Below are positions 1-11,666 of a DNA stretch of 46,194 bases, piece after piece. The stretch's first letter is position 1. Every line of letters begins with the position of its first letter. Where the stretch lies: positions 1 through 46,194 of the forward strand of contig JBMFUY010000002.1 of the NCBI GenBank assembly GCA_049966275.1, in the 5' to 3' direction. A program made the position numbers and the translations under genes. Below the pieces are notes generated by a model that did not search any database, was not told where the DNA came from, and saw only the letters and a list, made by a program, of their open reading frames with translations. This stretch comes from a bacterium (GTDB lineage: Bacteria > JAMCPX01).

Positions 1-94
1 ACCTATATTTGACGCGTGACCCTTCCCTTCGGGTGGGTACCCCATCACTCATTACACAAACTTCCCTATTTCGCAAACGCATTTTTCGGGTTAA
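1..94 (+). repeat. Mosaic intergenic repeat, copy A (truncated by the window edge). Its right half is shared with copies B, C and D.
   Basis: Bases 41-94 (CCCATCACTCATTACACAAACTTCCCTATTTCGCAAACGCATTTTTCGGGTTAA) recur at 20384-20430 without the TCGCAAAC octamer. They also recur, reverse-complemented, at 46119-46194. Bases 1-16 (ACCTATATTTGACGCG) match the reverse complement of the last bases of the window. Copy A carries an extra GC hairpin, ACCCTTCCCTTCGGGTGGGT, at about 19-38. Confidence 0.8.
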
Positions 95-161
95 TGCTCC
101 TCTACCAATGTTCACTATCATCAGAATAATGCACAGGATGATTTAAAAACTTTGCTTTTGC

Positions 162-193
162 TTGACAATTAGAAATTTGAGTTTGTATACAAT
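162..193 (+). promoter_or_regulatory. Candidate sigma70-type promoter for the acn operon
   Basis: TTGACA lies at 162-167. TATACA at 186-191 gives an 18-nt spacer, and an overlapping TACAAT lies at 188-193. The site is about 125 nt upstream of the acn start. Sequence inspection only. Confidence 0.35.
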
Positions 194-317
194 ATTCAAG
201 TTGGAAGATTATTATAAAAAGAAAAAAATGGATTGACTTTTTAATGGAATTTGAGCATGGATTTAAATGTTATCTTATTGAAAGATAAAGAATATTTTTA
301 AGGAATAGGGAGGCAAT

Positions 318-2243
318 ATGGGTCAAAATATAGTGCAAAAAATCATTTCATCCCATCTCGTTTCTGGCAGGATGAATCCTGGCGAAGAGATAGCAATAAG
401 GATTGATCAAACCCTTACACAGGATGCCACAGGCACCATGGCTTATCTGCAGTTTGAAGCAATGGGTATACCAAAGGTAAAGACAGAATTGTCTGTTAGT
501 TATGTTGATCATAATACCTTACAAACAGGTTTTGAAAATGCAGATGATCACAGGTTTCTTCAAACGATTGCAGCAAAGTATGGAATATATTTTTCCAAGC
601 CCGGGAATGGAATATGTCATCAGGTGCACCTGGAGAGGTTTGGTGTGCCAGGAAAGACATTGCTTGGTTCTGATAGTCATACCCCTACTGGTGGTGGCAT
701 AGGAATGCTTGCAATAGGAGCTGGTGGTCTTGATGTTGCTGTTGCAATGGGTGGTGGACCATTTTATTTAAACATGCCCAGGGTTGTTCTTGTAAAGTTA
801 ACAGGAAAACTGAAGCCATGGGTTAGTGCTAAGGACATTATACTTGAACTGTTAAGGAGACTCACTGTAAAGGGTGGGGTGGGAAAGGTTTTTGAGTACG
901 GTGGTGATGGTGTGAAAACGCTCTCTGTTCCTGAAAGGGCTACAATAACCAATATGGGTGCAGAACTTGGAGCAACAACATCCATTTTCCCGAGCGATGA
1001 TATGACAAGGGTGTTTATGTCAGCTCAGGGCCGCGCAAAACAATGGAAGAGACTTGAAGCGGATAAAGATGCTCAGTATGATGAAACTATAGAGATTGAC
1101 CTTTCAAAGCTTGTACCACTTGTGGCACAACCTCATAGTCCGGACAATGTTGTTGAGGTGAAGTCAATAGAAGGATTAAAAGTAGATCAGGTTGCCATTG
1201 GAAGTTGTACAAATTCTTCATACAAGGATATGATGACAGTTGCAAAGATCCTTAAAGGTAAACATGTTCACCCTGATGTAAGCCTTGTTATATCACCTGG
1301 TTCAAAGCAGGTATTAAACATGCTTTCTAAATCAGGGGCGCTTTCTGATATCCTTGCAGCAGGCGCAAGGGTCCTGGAAACAGCGTGTGGACCATGTATT
1401 GGTATGGGGCAGGCACCGGCAAGCGCAGCTGTGTCAATAAGAACCTACAATAGGAATTTTGAAGGTCGTAGTGGAACGCCCGACGCAAAGGTATACCTTT
1501 TAAGTCCTGAGACAGCAGCAATTTCAGCCATAAAAGGTGTTATTACAGATCCAAGAAAATTGGGCAAACCATATAGATTTGTAATGCCAAAGAAGTTTCT
1601 TATTGATGATAGCATGATCCTTCCGCCTTCAAAACATCCTGAGAATGTTGAGGTTATAAGAGGACCCAATATCAAGCCATTACCAAGAAAAGAGCCACTT
1701 CCTGACACTATTTCTGGTACTATAATATTGAAGGTTGGTGATAACATTACAACGGATCATATAATGCCAGCAGGCGCAAAGATCCTTCCGCTGAGATCAA
1801 ATATTCCAGCAATAGCAGAGCACGTGTTTGAAAGGATTGATCCTGAATTTGCAAAAAGGGCAAAAGAGCATAATGGAGGATTTGTAGTTGGTGGTGTAAA
1901 TTATGGACAGGGCTCAAGTAGAGAGCATGCAGCACTTGCCCCAATGTACCTCGGTATAAAGGCTGTGATTGCAAAATCATTTGCAAGGATACACTATGCC
2001 AACCTTGTCAACTTCGGGATTATCCCGTTGGTGTTTTCTAACGAATCAGATTATGACCTGTTATCTCAGGGCGATACCCTGGAGATTAAGGATATAAAAA
2101 CACAGATTAAAAATGGTAATACAATAAGAGCTACATTAGGTTCAGGAAAGGAACTTGTTTTAAAGCATAGCTTGACACCCCGTCAGGTAGATATCATAAT
2201 TGCTGGTGGATTGTTGAACTATACAGTAAAAAATAACGCATAA
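318..2243 (+). CDS. acn: Aconitate hydratase (short ~640-aa type)
   Basis: 641-aa ORF with a GGGAGG Shine-Dalgarno at 308-313. Aconitase-family motifs are present: [16 protein letters not shown], and Fe-S Cys ligands in IGSCTNSS and CGPCIGMG. The swivel domain is C-terminal. Confidence 0.93.
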   Translation: MGQNIVQKIISSHLVSGRMNPGEEIAIRIDQTLTQDATGTMAYLQFEAMGIPKVKTELSVSYVDHNTLQTGFENADDHRFLQTIAAKYGIYFSKPGNGICHQVHLERFGVPGKTLLGSDSHTPTGGGIGMLAIGAGGLDVAVAMGGGPFYLNMPRVVLVKLTGKLKPWVSAKDIILELLRRLTVKGGVGKVFEYGGDGVKTLSVPERATITNMGAELGATTSIFPSDDMTRVFMSAQGRAKQWKRLEADKDAQYDETIEIDLSKLVPLVAQPHSPDNVVEVKSIEGLKVDQVAIGSCTNSSYKDMMTVAKILKGKHVHPDVSLVISPGSKQVLNMLSKSGALSDILAAGARVLETACGPCIGMGQAPASAAVSIRTYNRNFEGRSGTPDAKVYLLSPETAAISAIKGVITDPRKLGKPYRFVMPKKFLIDDSMILPPSKHPENVEVIRGPNIKPLPRKEPLPDTISGTIILKVGDNITTDHIMPAGAKILPLRSNIPAIAEHVFERIDPEFAKRAKEHNGGFVVGGVNYGQGSSREHAALAPMYLGIKAVIAKSFARIHYANLVNFGIIPLVFSNESDYDLLSQGDTLEIKDIKTQIKNGNTIRATLGSGKELVLKHSLTPRQVDIIIAGGLLNYTVKNNA

Positions 2244-2259
2244 AAGGAGAAGATATACT

Positions 2260-3507
2260 ATGGGAAAAGAGGGAACAAAAATAGGTTTTGAAAATGGTAA
2301 GTTGGTGGTTCCAGATGATCCTATAATACCCTTTATCGAAGGGGATGGAACAGGACCTGATATATGGCGTGCATCAGTAATGGTATTTGATGCTGCAGTT
2401 CAGAAGGTCTACGGTGGTAAAAAAAAGGTTGTCTGGAAAGAGGTGTATGCAGGAGAAAAGGCGTTTAAAAAGTTTAATACATGGTTACCTGATGAAACGT
2501 TAAAGGCAATAGAAGAGTATATTGTTGGTATCAAAGGCCCACTGACAACACCTGTTGGTGGTGGAATAAGAAGCTTGAATGTTACATTGAGGCAGAAGCT
2601 TAACCTTTTTGCATGTGTTAGGCCTGTAAAGTATATACCGGGTGTGCCAAGCCCTGTGAAGCATCCAGAAAAGATGGATGTTATTATTTTCAGGGAGAAC
2701 ACAGAGGATGTTTATTCTGGTATAGAATGGGCACAGGGTACACCAGAAGCACAGAAGGTCATAAAGTTTTTAAAAGAAGAGATGGGAGCAAAGCTCAGGG
2801 ATGATGCCGGTATAGGTGTAAAGCCCATAAGTATTACAGGCACAAAGCAGCTGATGCGTATGGCAATCAAATATGCACTTGATAAAAAGAGAAAGAGTGT
2901 GACCATAGACCATAAGGGTAATATAATGAAGTATACAGAAGGTGCTTTCAGAGAATGGGCATATCAGGTTGCTAAAGAAGAGTTCAGGGATCAAATAGTT
3001 ACAGAGGAAGAGATTGAAAAACAATACAATGGTAAGCCTCCTGCAGGAAAACTGATAATAAAGGATAGAATAGCTGATAACATGTTCCAGCAGGTGCTTA
3101 CAAGGGCTGATGAGTACGATGTAATTGTTACACCCAACCTCAATGGTGATTATCTATCAGATGCGTGCGCTGCCCAGGTTGGTGGGCTTGGTATGGCTCC
3201 CGGAGGGAATATTGGTATTCCCTATGCAATGTTTGAAGCAACCCATGGAACAGCACCGAAGTATGCAGGTCAGGATAAGGTAAACCCTGGTTCAGTGATA
3301 CTATCAGGTGCAATGATGTTTGAATATCTTGGCTGGGATCCAGTCAGTGAGCTTATAAAAGAATCACTTTCAGAGACGATCAAGCAAAAGAGGGTTACTT
3401 ATGACCTTGAAAGGCAGATGGAAGGTGCAACCCTGCTTAAGACTTCAGAGTTTGGAAAGGCAATTGTTGAGAACATGGATATAGTGATAAAGAGGATAAA
3501 GGTTTAA
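2260..3507 (+). CDS. icd: Isocitrate dehydrogenase (NADP-type, prokaryotic homodimeric family)
   Basis: 415 aa. Motifs include [22 protein letters not shown] and [19 protein letters not shown] (the isocitrate/isopropylmalate dehydrogenase signature). An AGGAGA SD precedes the start. Confidence 0.95.
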   Translation: MGKEGTKIGFENGKLVVPDDPIIPFIEGDGTGPDIWRASVMVFDAAVQKVYGGKKKVVWKEVYAGEKAFKKFNTWLPDETLKAIEEYIVGIKGPLTTPVGGGIRSLNVTLRQKLNLFACVRPVKYIPGVPSPVKHPEKMDVIIFRENTEDVYSGIEWAQGTPEAQKVIKFLKEEMGAKLRDDAGIGVKPISITGTKQLMRMAIKYALDKKRKSVTIDHKGNIMKYTEGAFREWAYQVAKEEFRDQIVTEEEIEKQYNGKPPAGKLIIKDRIADNMFQQVLTRADEYDVIVTPNLNGDYLSDACAAQVGGLGMAPGGNIGIPYAMFEATHGTAPKYAGQDKVNPGSVILSGAMMFEYLGWDPVSELIKESLSETIKQKRVTYDLERQMEGATLLKTSEFGKAIVENMDIVIKRIKV

Positions 3508-3530
3508 AAATATAAAAATTAAGCATGTAG

Positions 3531-4490
<960 letters not shown>

Positions 4491-4508
4491 TTTAAGTTTT
4501 AAGGCAAA

Positions 4509-4537
4509 AATGGATGGGCTAAACCAGCCCATCCATT
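4509..4537 (+). terminator. Stem-loop downstream of mdh (possible attenuating or intrinsic terminator)
   Basis: AATGGATGGGC (4509-4519) pairs perfectly with GCCCATCCATT (4527-4537) around a 7-nt loop. The trailing sequence TAAATTAAT is only weakly T-rich. It sits in one of the few real intergenic gaps of the cluster (4491-4605). Confidence 0.4.
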
Positions 4538-4605
4538 AAATTAATAAGACATTAACATCATCCTTGGCAGGCAAAGCAATTATTAAAGATTAGAGGTAAA
4601 TCATA

Positions 4606-5445
4606 ATGAGAGAGATAAATGCAAAACAGATCACAGAAGCTGTTAGTGATCTATGTATGAAGGCTAATTTTGATATCCCTGATGACGTCATGAGCGCGCT
4701 CAAGAAGGCGTATCAGGAAGAGGTTTCTCCTCAGGGGAAGGATGTACTTAAACAGATCATTGATAACGATGAGATAGCCCATAACGAACAGGTCCCAATG
4801 TGCCAGGACACAGGCCTTGCAGTATTTTTTGTTGAGTTAGGACAGGATGTGCATATTACAGGTGGCTTGCTTAATGATGCAATAAATGAGGGCGTTAGAA
4901 AAGGTTACAAAGAAGGATATTTAAGGAAATCAACATGCCATCCATTTACAAGAAAGAATGTGGGTGATAACACACCAGCTATTATACACGTGGAGCTCGT
5001 TGCTGGCGATAAAATGAAGATCACCATGGCTGCAAAGGGCGGTGGTAGTGAGAACATGAGCAGGGTAATGATGATGAAGCCATCCGATGGGCTTGAAGGG
5101 ATTAAAAAATATATCATTGAAAGGGTAAGAGAATCCGGATCAAATCCATGTCCACCGATCATTGTTGGTGTGGGTATAGGTGGTACATTTGAGCGCTCTG
5201 CTTTAATAGCTAAAAAGGCACTGTTAAGACCTCTGGGGACACCAAATCCTGATCCAGAACTTGACAAACTTGAAAAAGAGTTGCTTACATCTATAAACAA
5301 ACTCGGTATCGGTCCAATGGGACTTGGTGGAAGAACTACTGCACTTGCAGTGCATATGATTGTAGAACCATGTCATATTGCAAGCTTACCACTTGCTGTG
5401 AACATACAGTGTCATTCTGCAAGGCACAAAGAAATAGTATTGTGA
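4606..5445 (+). CDS. fumA: Class I (Fe-S) fumarate hydratase, alpha subunit (N-terminal domain type)
   Basis: 279 aa. Belongs to the Fe-S hydro-lyase tartrate/fumarate alpha family (PMCQDTG, GGGSENMS). The beta subunit follows after a 7-nt gap. The call as fumarase rather than tartrate dehydratase is inferred from the TCA context. Confidence 0.85.
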   Translation: MREINAKQITEAVSDLCMKANFDIPDDVMSALKKAYQEEVSPQGKDVLKQIIDNDEIAHNEQVPMCQDTGLAVFFVELGQDVHITGGLLNDAINEGVRKGYKEGYLRKSTCHPFTRKNVGDNTPAIIHVELVAGDKMKITMAAKGGGSENMSRVMMMKPSDGLEGIKKYIIERVRESGSNPCPPIIVGVGIGGTFERSALIAKKALLRPLGTPNPDPELDKLEKELLTSINKLGIGPMGLGGRTTALAVHMIVEPCHIASLPLAVNIQCHSARHKEIVL

Positions 5446-5452
5446 GGCGGTT

Positions 5453-6010
5453 ATGACAGATATAATAAGAATACAAACCCCTTTAACAGATGAAGTGGTT
5501 TTAAAACTAAAGAGTGGTGATAGTGTATTGATAACAGGTGTTATGTACACTGGTAGGGATGCAGCACATAAAAGGATGATCGATGCACTGAATAGAGGAG
5601 AGAAGCTACCATTTGATATACAGGGTCAGATCATTTATTACGTTGGTCCATCACCTGCAAAACCTGGTAAACCCATTGGCTCAGCCGGTCCTACAACAAG
5701 CTACAGAATGGATGCCTATGCTCCAACATTGATAAAACTTGGTTTAAAAGGCATGATAGGTAAGGGCTGGAGGGCTAAAGAGGTTATAGATGCATGTGTA
5801 AAGTATAAGGCAATATACTTTGGTGCTACAGGTGGAGCAGGAGCCTTGATAGCAAGAGCGATAAAAAAGGCAGAAGTGATAGCGTATGATGACCTTGGTC
5901 CTGAGGCAGTAAGAAGGATAGAGGTGGTGGATTTCCCTGCAATAGTCATCAATGATGCTTATGGTAATGACCTTTATGTAAAAGGTGTGGAACAATATAA
6001 ACAAATATAG
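5453..6010 (+). CDS. fumB: Class I (Fe-S) fumarate hydratase, beta subunit
   Basis: 185 aa. Belongs to the Fe-S hydro-lyase beta family (GRDAAHKR, GPTTSYRMD, IGKG) and is paired with the alpha subunit upstream. Confidence 0.85.
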   Translation: MTDIIRIQTPLTDEVVLKLKSGDSVLITGVMYTGRDAAHKRMIDALNRGEKLPFDIQGQIIYYVGPSPAKPGKPIGSAGPTTSYRMDAYAPTLIKLGLKGMIGKGWRAKEVIDACVKYKAIYFGATGGAGALIARAIKKAEVIAYDDLGPEAVRRIEVVDFPAIVINDAYGNDLYVKGVEQYKQI

Positions 6011-6021
6011 GAGGCAAATAG

Positions 6022-6387
6022 ATGAAAAAGAATATTTATGAGTTAAATTACAGATACCATACAGGTACAGTAGCATGGATACTCCATAGATTATCAGGAC
6101 TTGCCCTGATACTGTATCTTGTTCTACATATCTGGGTTATACACAACCTTGATAACCCAGCAGGATTTAACAAGGTGATGGCTTTTCTAAACGAACCTGT
6201 TTTTAAGCTTCTGGAGTTAGGGTTGTGGGGTGTGATTATCTATCACGCAATAAATGGATTGAGGATTATACTTGTTGATTTCTTTGGTGGTTCTAAGGAG
6301 CAAAAAAAGTTGTTCTGGGGTGTAGTGATAGTAGGTATAGTCATGTTTATTGCAGGTGCAGTTCCATTTATTGGGCATTTAAAATAG
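6022..6387 (+). CDS. sdhC: Succinate dehydrogenase / fumarate reductase cytochrome b subunit
   Basis: 121 aa with three hydrophobic helices and an HRLSG motif with a candidate heme-ligand His. It lies immediately upstream of sdhD-sdhA-sdhB. Confidence 0.75.
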   Translation: MKKNIYELNYRYHTGTVAWILHRLSGLALILYLVLHIWVIHNLDNPAGFNKVMAFLNEPVFKLLELGLWGVIIYHAINGLRIILVDFFGGSKEQKKLFWGVVIVGIVMFIAGAVPFIGHLK

Positions 6388-6401
6388 AATAGGAGATAAA
6401 C

Positions 6402-6779
6402 ATGAATATAAAACTTGTTACAGGTGATTCCGGTATAAAAAGATGGTTTTATCAGAGGATTACAGGTATCTTCCTTGTAATTCTGCTGTTAGTACATTTT
6501 ACAGTAATGCATTTTATAGGCACAGGTGAAACAAACTATCAAACAGTTGCACCAAGGCTTGCCTCACCGTATTGGAAAACCTTTGATTTAGCGTTCCTTG
6601 TGTTTGCACTTTATCATGGTATGGCAGGTTTATGGGTGGTAATTGATGATTATGTTCACAGGGATGGATGGAGGATATTCATCTATTCATTGATAGTGCT
6701 TGTTGGAGCACTGTTATTGATACTTGGAACCCTGACCATTGTAACATTTTCACCGCAGGCATTAACAGTAAAAATGTAA
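6402..6779 (+). CDS. sdhD: Succinate dehydrogenase / fumarate reductase hydrophobic membrane anchor
   Basis: 125 aa with three hydrophobic helices, positioned between sdhC and sdhA. The call rests mainly on size, hydrophobicity and context. Confidence 0.7.
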   Translation: MNIKLVTGDSGIKRWFYQRITGIFLVILLLVHFTVMHFIGTGETNYQTVAPRLASPYWKTFDLAFLVFALYHGMAGLWVVIDDYVHRDGWRIFIYSLIVLVGALLLILGTLTIVTFSPQALTVKM

Positions 6780-6790
6780 GGAGAATATAT

Positions 6791-8524
6791 ATGACTATAA
6801 ATGTTGAAACACATTATCATGATGTTTTGATTATAGGTGCTGGTCTTGCTGGCACAATGGCAGCATTAAAGGTTGCGCCAATAGCAGATGTTGCAGTGCT
6901 AACAAAAGTGTTCCCAACACGTTCGCACTCTACAACAGCACAGGGAGGCATGGCTGCAGCACTGAATAACAACAGATCAAAGGGTGAAGATTCATGGGAA
7001 CTTCATATGTTTGATACTGTTAAAGGTAGCGATTATTTAGGTGATCAGGATGCAATAGAAACCCTTGCAAAGGACGCAATAGAGGTTGTTTATGAGCTTG
7101 AGCACATGGGTACACCGTTTTCACGAACACCTGATGGAAAGATAGCTCAAAGGCCGTTTGGTGGGCACTCAAGGCCAAGGATAGCGTATGCTGCAGATAG
7201 AACAGGGCATGTTGCATTGCATACACTTTATGAACAGAGTTTGAAAGAAAAGGTAAAATATTATCCAGAGTTTTTTGTAACAAAGCTTATTATAGAGAAC
7301 AACACATCAAAAGGTGTAGTTGCAGTAGAACTTAGAACAGGAACAGTTCATGTATTTGCTTCAAAGGCAGTTATGATCGCAACCGGTGGTGCTGGTCGTA
7401 TATACAAGATTACATCAAATGCGCATGAATCAACAGGTGATGGACTTACCCTTGTTTACAGAGAAGGATTACCTTTGATGGACCTTGAATTCACGCAGTT
7501 CCATCCAACAGGTATTTATCCTCTTGGTATTTTGATCACTGAGGGTGTAAGAGGTGAAGGTGGTTATCTCATAAACAGTAAGGGTGAAAGATTTATGGAA
7601 AGATATGCACCTGACATGAAGGATCTCGCTCCAAGGGATATTACATCAAGGGCTATTTACACAGAGATTCTGGAAGGTAGAGGTGTAGGACCTAAAAAGG
7701 ATCATGTATTGCTTCAGATACATCATATTGGTAGAGAGAAGATCCTTGAAAGATTACCCGAGATACACAAGTTTGCTTTAACATACGCTGGTGTGGATTG
7801 TACAAAAGAACCTATTCCAGTAGCTCCAACCATGCATTATTTTATGGGAGGCATACCAACCAATTCACACAGTAATGTAATAAAGGATGAGAAAGGCACC
7901 CCTGTAATAGGGCTATACGCAGGTGGTGAGGCATCCTGTGAATCTGTTCATGGAGCAAACAGGCTTGGAGCCAATTCTCTTGTGGATACAACCGTATTTG
8001 GTAGACGGGCTGGTAAGCACATGTACGATTTTGTTCAGCAGGCAGATAGGCCTGTGTTACCAAAGGATGCTGCAGAGAGTACAATAAAAATGATGGAATG
8101 GCTTTTAAGTGGAAAGGGTAAAGAGAGTGTATCAAAACTGCGTGAGGAAATGCAGACATTGCTCTGGGAAACCGCGTCTGTGTTCCGTGAAGAAAAACTT
8201 ATAAAGAAAGGTTTGAAAGAAATAAAGGTATTGCAGGAGAGATACAGGGATGTTGGTATAACAGACACGACAAAGAGCTTCAATGTTCAGTTGAAGGAAG
8301 CCATAGAACTTGGCAATATGCTTGAATACGCGGAGGTTGTTCTTGCGTCTGCAGATTTTAGAAAAGAAAGCCGTGGAGCACATTCAAGAATAGACTATCC
8401 TAAGAGAGATGATGTTAATTTCCTCAAGCATACCCTTGCTATTAAAGGCAAAGATGGCAGACCCGAGATGAAGCAAAAGGATGTTGTTATCACAAGGTAT
8501 CAACCACAAGAAAGAAAGTACTGA
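6791..8524 (+). CDS. sdhA: Succinate dehydrogenase / fumarate reductase flavoprotein subunit
   Basis: The start is moved from the ORF-track 6668 to ATG 6791. An AAGGAG SD lies at 6778-6783, and the sdhD stop is at 6777-6779. Motifs: N-terminal FAD fold [11 protein letters not shown], covalent-FAD His in [11 protein letters not shown], and catalytic HPTG and RGEGG. Confidence 0.95.
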   Translation: MTINVETHYHDVLIIGAGLAGTMAALKVAPIADVAVLTKVFPTRSHSTTAQGGMAAALNNNRSKGEDSWELHMFDTVKGSDYLGDQDAIETLAKDAIEVVYELEHMGTPFSRTPDGKIAQRPFGGHSRPRIAYAADRTGHVALHTLYEQSLKEKVKYYPEFFVTKLIIENNTSKGVVAVELRTGTVHVFASKAVMIATGGAGRIYKITSNAHESTGDGLTLVYREGLPLMDLEFTQFHPTGIYPLGILITEGVRGEGGYLINSKGERFMERYAPDMKDLAPRDITSRAIYTEILEGRGVGPKKDHVLLQIHHIGREKILERLPEIHKFALTYAGVDCTKEPIPVAPTMHYFMGGIPTNSHSNVIKDEKGTPVIGLYAGGEASCESVHGANRLGANSLVDTTVFGRRAGKHMYDFVQQADRPVLPKDAAESTIKMMEWLLSGKGKESVSKLREEMQTLLWETASVFREEKLIKKGLKEIKVLQERYRDVGITDTTKSFNVQLKEAIELGNMLEYAEVVLASADFRKESRGAHSRIDYPKRDDVNFLKHTLAIKGKDGRPEMKQKDVVITRYQPQERKY

Positions 8525-8536
8525 GGAGGTATTAAC

Positions 8537-9238
8537 GTGAAGGTAACTTTTAAAATACAGAGATTTATCCCGGAAAAGGATACAAAGCCAGTCTTCAAGG
8601 AATACGTTGTTGAAGCGCAACCAAACACAACGATCCTTGATTGTTTAAATGACATAAGATGGCATCAGGATGAAACACTTGCATTCAGGAGATCCTGTGG
8701 ACATGCTATCTGTGGTTCCTGTGCAATGAACATAAATGGTAAGAATGGACTTGCATGTCAGACACGCATCCAGGATCTTAAACCAGGCACAATTACTATA
8801 AGACCATTACCTTCATTCCCGATCATAAGGGATCTTATTGTTGATCTTGAAAAGTTCTATAAAAAGTTTGAAAAGATCAAGCCATACCTGATCAATGATG
8901 GTCCTGTTCCTGAAAAGGAAAGGCTGCAGAGTCCTGAGGAGCAAAAGGTAATAGAAGAATCAACAACATGTATTCTTTGTGCTGCATGTACATCTTCATG
9001 CCCATCATTCTGGGCCGATGATGAGTACCTTGGCCCTTCTGCATTGCTAAAGGCATACAGATACATATTTGATACAAGGGACACTGCAGCAGAAGAGAGA
9101 TTGAGGATAATTAATGATAAGCACGGTGTTTTCAGATGTCATACGATATTTAACTGTAACGAGGCATGCCCCAAGGGGATAAACATTACCAATCATATAG
9201 CAAAGCTAAAGGCAGCACTTGTTACAACAAAGTTATAA
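8537..9238 (+). CDS. sdhB: Succinate dehydrogenase / fumarate reductase iron-sulfur subunit
   Basis: 233 aa with a GTG start and a GAGGAGG SD at 8523-8529. Three Cys clusters are present: CGHAICGSC, CILCAACTSSCP and CHTIFNCNEACP. Confidence 0.95.
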   Translation: MKVTFKIQRFIPEKDTKPVFKEYVVEAQPNTTILDCLNDIRWHQDETLAFRRSCGHAICGSCAMNINGKNGLACQTRIQDLKPGTITIRPLPSFPIIRDLIVDLEKFYKKFEKIKPYLINDGPVPEKERLQSPEEQKVIEESTTCILCAACTSSCPSFWADDEYLGPSALLKAYRYIFDTRDTAAEERLRIINDKHGVFRCHTIFNCNEACPKGINITNHIAKLKAALVTTKL

Positions 9239-9253
9239 GGAAAGAGGTAGGGT

Positions 9254-10423
9254 ATGAATATACATGAATATCAGGCAAAAGAATTAATGGCAAAATTTGG
9301 AGTATCGGTTCCAAAAGGTAAACCAGCGTTCAGTGCTGACGAGGCATACAATGTTGCACAACAGCTGGGTGTAAATAGATTTGTTGTGAAGGCCCAGATC
9401 CATGCAGGTGGAAGGGGGAAAGGTGGTGGAGTAAAACTTGCTAACACCCCTGAAGAGGTAAGGGAGATTGCTTCAAAGATGATAGGTATGACACTTGTTA
9501 CACATCAAACAGGCCCAGAGGGCAAGCTCGTAAAAAAGGTATACATAGAAGAGGCAGGCGATATTGCAAAAGAACTCTATCTTGGAATGATCATTGATAG
9601 AACATCAAAACAGATCGTTGTTATGGCAAGTACAGAAGGTGGTATGGAAATAGAAGAGGTTGCTGCCAGGACACCAGAAAAGATCATAAAGGAGTTCATT
9701 GATCCGGTAGCAGGTATCCAGGATTTTTATGGCAGGAAGATTGCTTACAGGCTTGGATTAACAGGTGATCTTGTAGGTAAATTTACAAAGTTTGTTAAGG
9801 CCCTTTACAGGATGTTCCTTGAACTGGATTGTAGCCTTGTAGAGATCAACCCGCTTGTGCTTACAAAGGATAACAACATATTTGCATTGGATGCCAAGGT
9901 TAACTTTGATGACAATGCCTTGTTCAGACATAAGGATATAGAGGCTCTTAGAGATGTGGATGAAGAGGATCCAAAGGAGCTGGATGCAAAATCACACGGA
10001 TTGAGTTATGTAAGCCTTACAGGTAATATAGGTTGTATGGTTAATGGCGCAGGGCTTGCAATGTCAACCATGGATATAATAAAGTTCTATGGAGGCGAGC
10101 CGGCAAACTTCCTTGATGTCGGTGGTAGTGCCTCTAAAGAACAGGTTACACATGCATTTAAGATCATCCTGTCAGATGAAAAGGTAAAGGCTATACTCGT
10201 GAATATATTTGGTGGTATAATGAAATGCGATGTAATAGCAGGAGGCATTATTGAAGCAGCTAAAGAGGTTAACATAAAGGTCCCTCTTGTGGTAAGACTT
10301 GAAGGTACAAATGTGGAGCTTGGCAAAAAGATGCTTGAAGAATCAGGACTTGCCATTATAACAGCAACAGGTATGGCAGACGCAGCACAGAAGGTAGTTA
10401 AAGCAGTAAGAGGTGAATTATGA
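9254..10423 (+). CDS. sucC: Succinyl-CoA synthetase beta subunit
   Basis: 389 aa. The ATP-grasp N-terminus [17 protein letters not shown] is present, and the stop overlaps the sucD start (ATGA). Confidence 0.95.
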   Translation: MNIHEYQAKELMAKFGVSVPKGKPAFSADEAYNVAQQLGVNRFVVKAQIHAGGRGKGGGVKLANTPEEVREIASKMIGMTLVTHQTGPEGKLVKKVYIEEAGDIAKELYLGMIIDRTSKQIVVMASTEGGMEIEEVAARTPEKIIKEFIDPVAGIQDFYGRKIAYRLGLTGDLVGKFTKFVKALYRMFLELDCSLVEINPLVLTKDNNIFALDAKVNFDDNALFRHKDIEALRDVDEEDPKELDAKSHGLSYVSLTGNIGCMVNGAGLAMSTMDIIKFYGGEPANFLDVGGSASKEQVTHAFKIILSDEKVKAILVNIFGGIMKCDVIAGGIIEAAKEVNIKVPLVVRLEGTNVELGKKMLEESGLAIITATGMADAAQKVVKAVRGEL

Positions 10424-11397
10424 GTATATTTGTGAATAAGAATACAAAGGTTATAGTTCAGGGTATAACAGGTAGTAATGGATTGTTCCATACAAAACAG
10501 TGTCTTGAATATGGGACAAAGATCGTTGGCGGTGTAACACCAGGAAAGGGTGGCATGACAGTAGAAGGGGTGCCTGTTTTTAACACAGTCTCAGAGGCTG
10601 TTGCAAAAACAGGTGCAAACGCATCCATGATATTTGTTCCGGCACCGTTTGCAGCAGATGCAATTATGGAGGCAGCGGATGCAGGTTTAGACCTCGTGGT
10701 TTGTATAACAGAAGGTATCCCAACGCTTGATATGCTAAAAGTATCTGCTTATCTTAAGGACAAGAAGACCAGATTAATAGGTCCTAATTGCCCTGGTATA
10801 ATTACCCCGGGTGAAGCAAAGCTCGGGATCATGCCCGGACATATACATAAACCAGGAACAATAGGTATTATATCAAGGAGTGGAACTTTGACATATGAGG
10901 CTGTGTATCAGCTAACAAACCTTGGACTAGGGCAGTCAACTGCAATTGGTATTGGTGGTGATCCAATAATAGGCACAAGTTTTGTTGATGCACTTGAAGC
11001 CTTTAACAATGATCCAAAAACAGAGGCAATAGTACTCATCGGAGAGATAGGTGGAACTGCTGAGGATGATGCAGCTCAATACATAAAGAAGTATGTTAAG
11101 AAACCGGTTGTAGCGTTCATAGCAGGTCAGACAGCACCAAAGGGCAAGAGAATGGGACATGCTGGAGCTATAATAACAGGTGGTAAGACCACAGCTCAGG
11201 ACAAGATTGAAACACTTGAGTCTGTTGGTATAAAGGTTTCAAGGAGCCCTGCAGATATTGGACAAACAATGTATGATCTGCTTAAAAAGGTAAAGGCAAA
11301 GAAGGTAAAATCAGTTGCAGCAAAGAAGCCAACTAAAAAAGCAAAGGTTGCTGCAAAGAAAACCGTAAAAAAGATTAGCCGAAAGGGGAAGAAATAA
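10420..11397 (+). CDS. sucD: Succinyl-CoA synthetase alpha subunit with a ~35-aa Lys/Ala-rich C-terminal tail
   Basis: 325 aa. It has a CoA-binding GITGSNG motif and the phosphohistidine loop MGHAGAII. The canonical end is around ...[12 protein letters not shown]. The tail [35 protein letters not shown] (11290-11394) follows. Confidence 0.93.
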   Translation: MSIFVNKNTKVIVQGITGSNGLFHTKQCLEYGTKIVGGVTPGKGGMTVEGVPVFNTVSEAVAKTGANASMIFVPAPFAADAIMEAADAGLDLVVCITEGIPTLDMLKVSAYLKDKKTRLIGPNCPGIITPGEAKLGIMPGHIHKPGTIGIISRSGTLTYEAVYQLTNLGLGQSTAIGIGGDPIIGTSFVDALEAFNNDPKTEAIVLIGEIGGTAEDDAAQYIKKYVKKPVVAFIAGQTAPKGKRMGHAGAIITGGKTTAQDKIETLESVGIKVSRSPADIGQTMYDLLKKVKAKKVKSVAAKKPTKKAKVAAKKTVKKISRKGKK

Positions 11398-11631
11398 ATG
11401 GCTGAAGCACAAACAGTGGAAAAGAAACCACAGGAAAAACATAAAATTAAGGTTATAGAAGAACGTTGTAAAGGATGTGAGATCTGTGTTGTTTATTGTC
11501 CCGAAGATGTTCTTGCTATGAAGGATTTAATTGTATCGGTTGTTAATCCGGACAAATGCACCGGGTGTATGAGATGTGAGCTTTTCTGTCCGGATTTTGC
11601 TATATATGTAGACCTTCCGGAAAAATCTTAA
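11398..11631 (+). CDS. korD: 2x[4Fe-4S] ferredoxin-type delta subunit of a 2-oxoacid:ferredoxin oxidoreductase
   Basis: 77 aa with two CxxCxxCxxxCP motifs (CKGCEICVVYCP, CTGCMRCELFCP). It sits directly upstream of the alpha, beta and gamma subunits. Confidence 0.8.
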   Translation: MAEAQTVEKKPQEKHKIKVIEERCKGCEICVVYCPEDVLAMKDLIVSVVNPDKCTGCMRCELFCPDFAIYVDLPEKS

Positions 11632-11666
11632 CCTTGAGCGTCTTGTAAAAAACCTTAGGAGGAAAA

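Noticed and set aside
61-94. GCAAACGC...TAA inside the repeat resembles the start of a tmRNA tag ORF (ANxx...).
   Set aside because: There is no tRNA-like acceptor/T-arm (no GGTTCGAATCC...CCA) and no pseudoknot context. The sequence is repeated four times in both orientations.
6668-6790. The ORF-track start gives sdhA a 41-aa N-terminal extension overlapping sdhD.
   Set aside because: ATG 6791 has an AAGGAG SD and lies directly after the sdhD stop. It gives the canonical N-terminal FAD fold (DVLIIGAG). The extension has no homology-like features.
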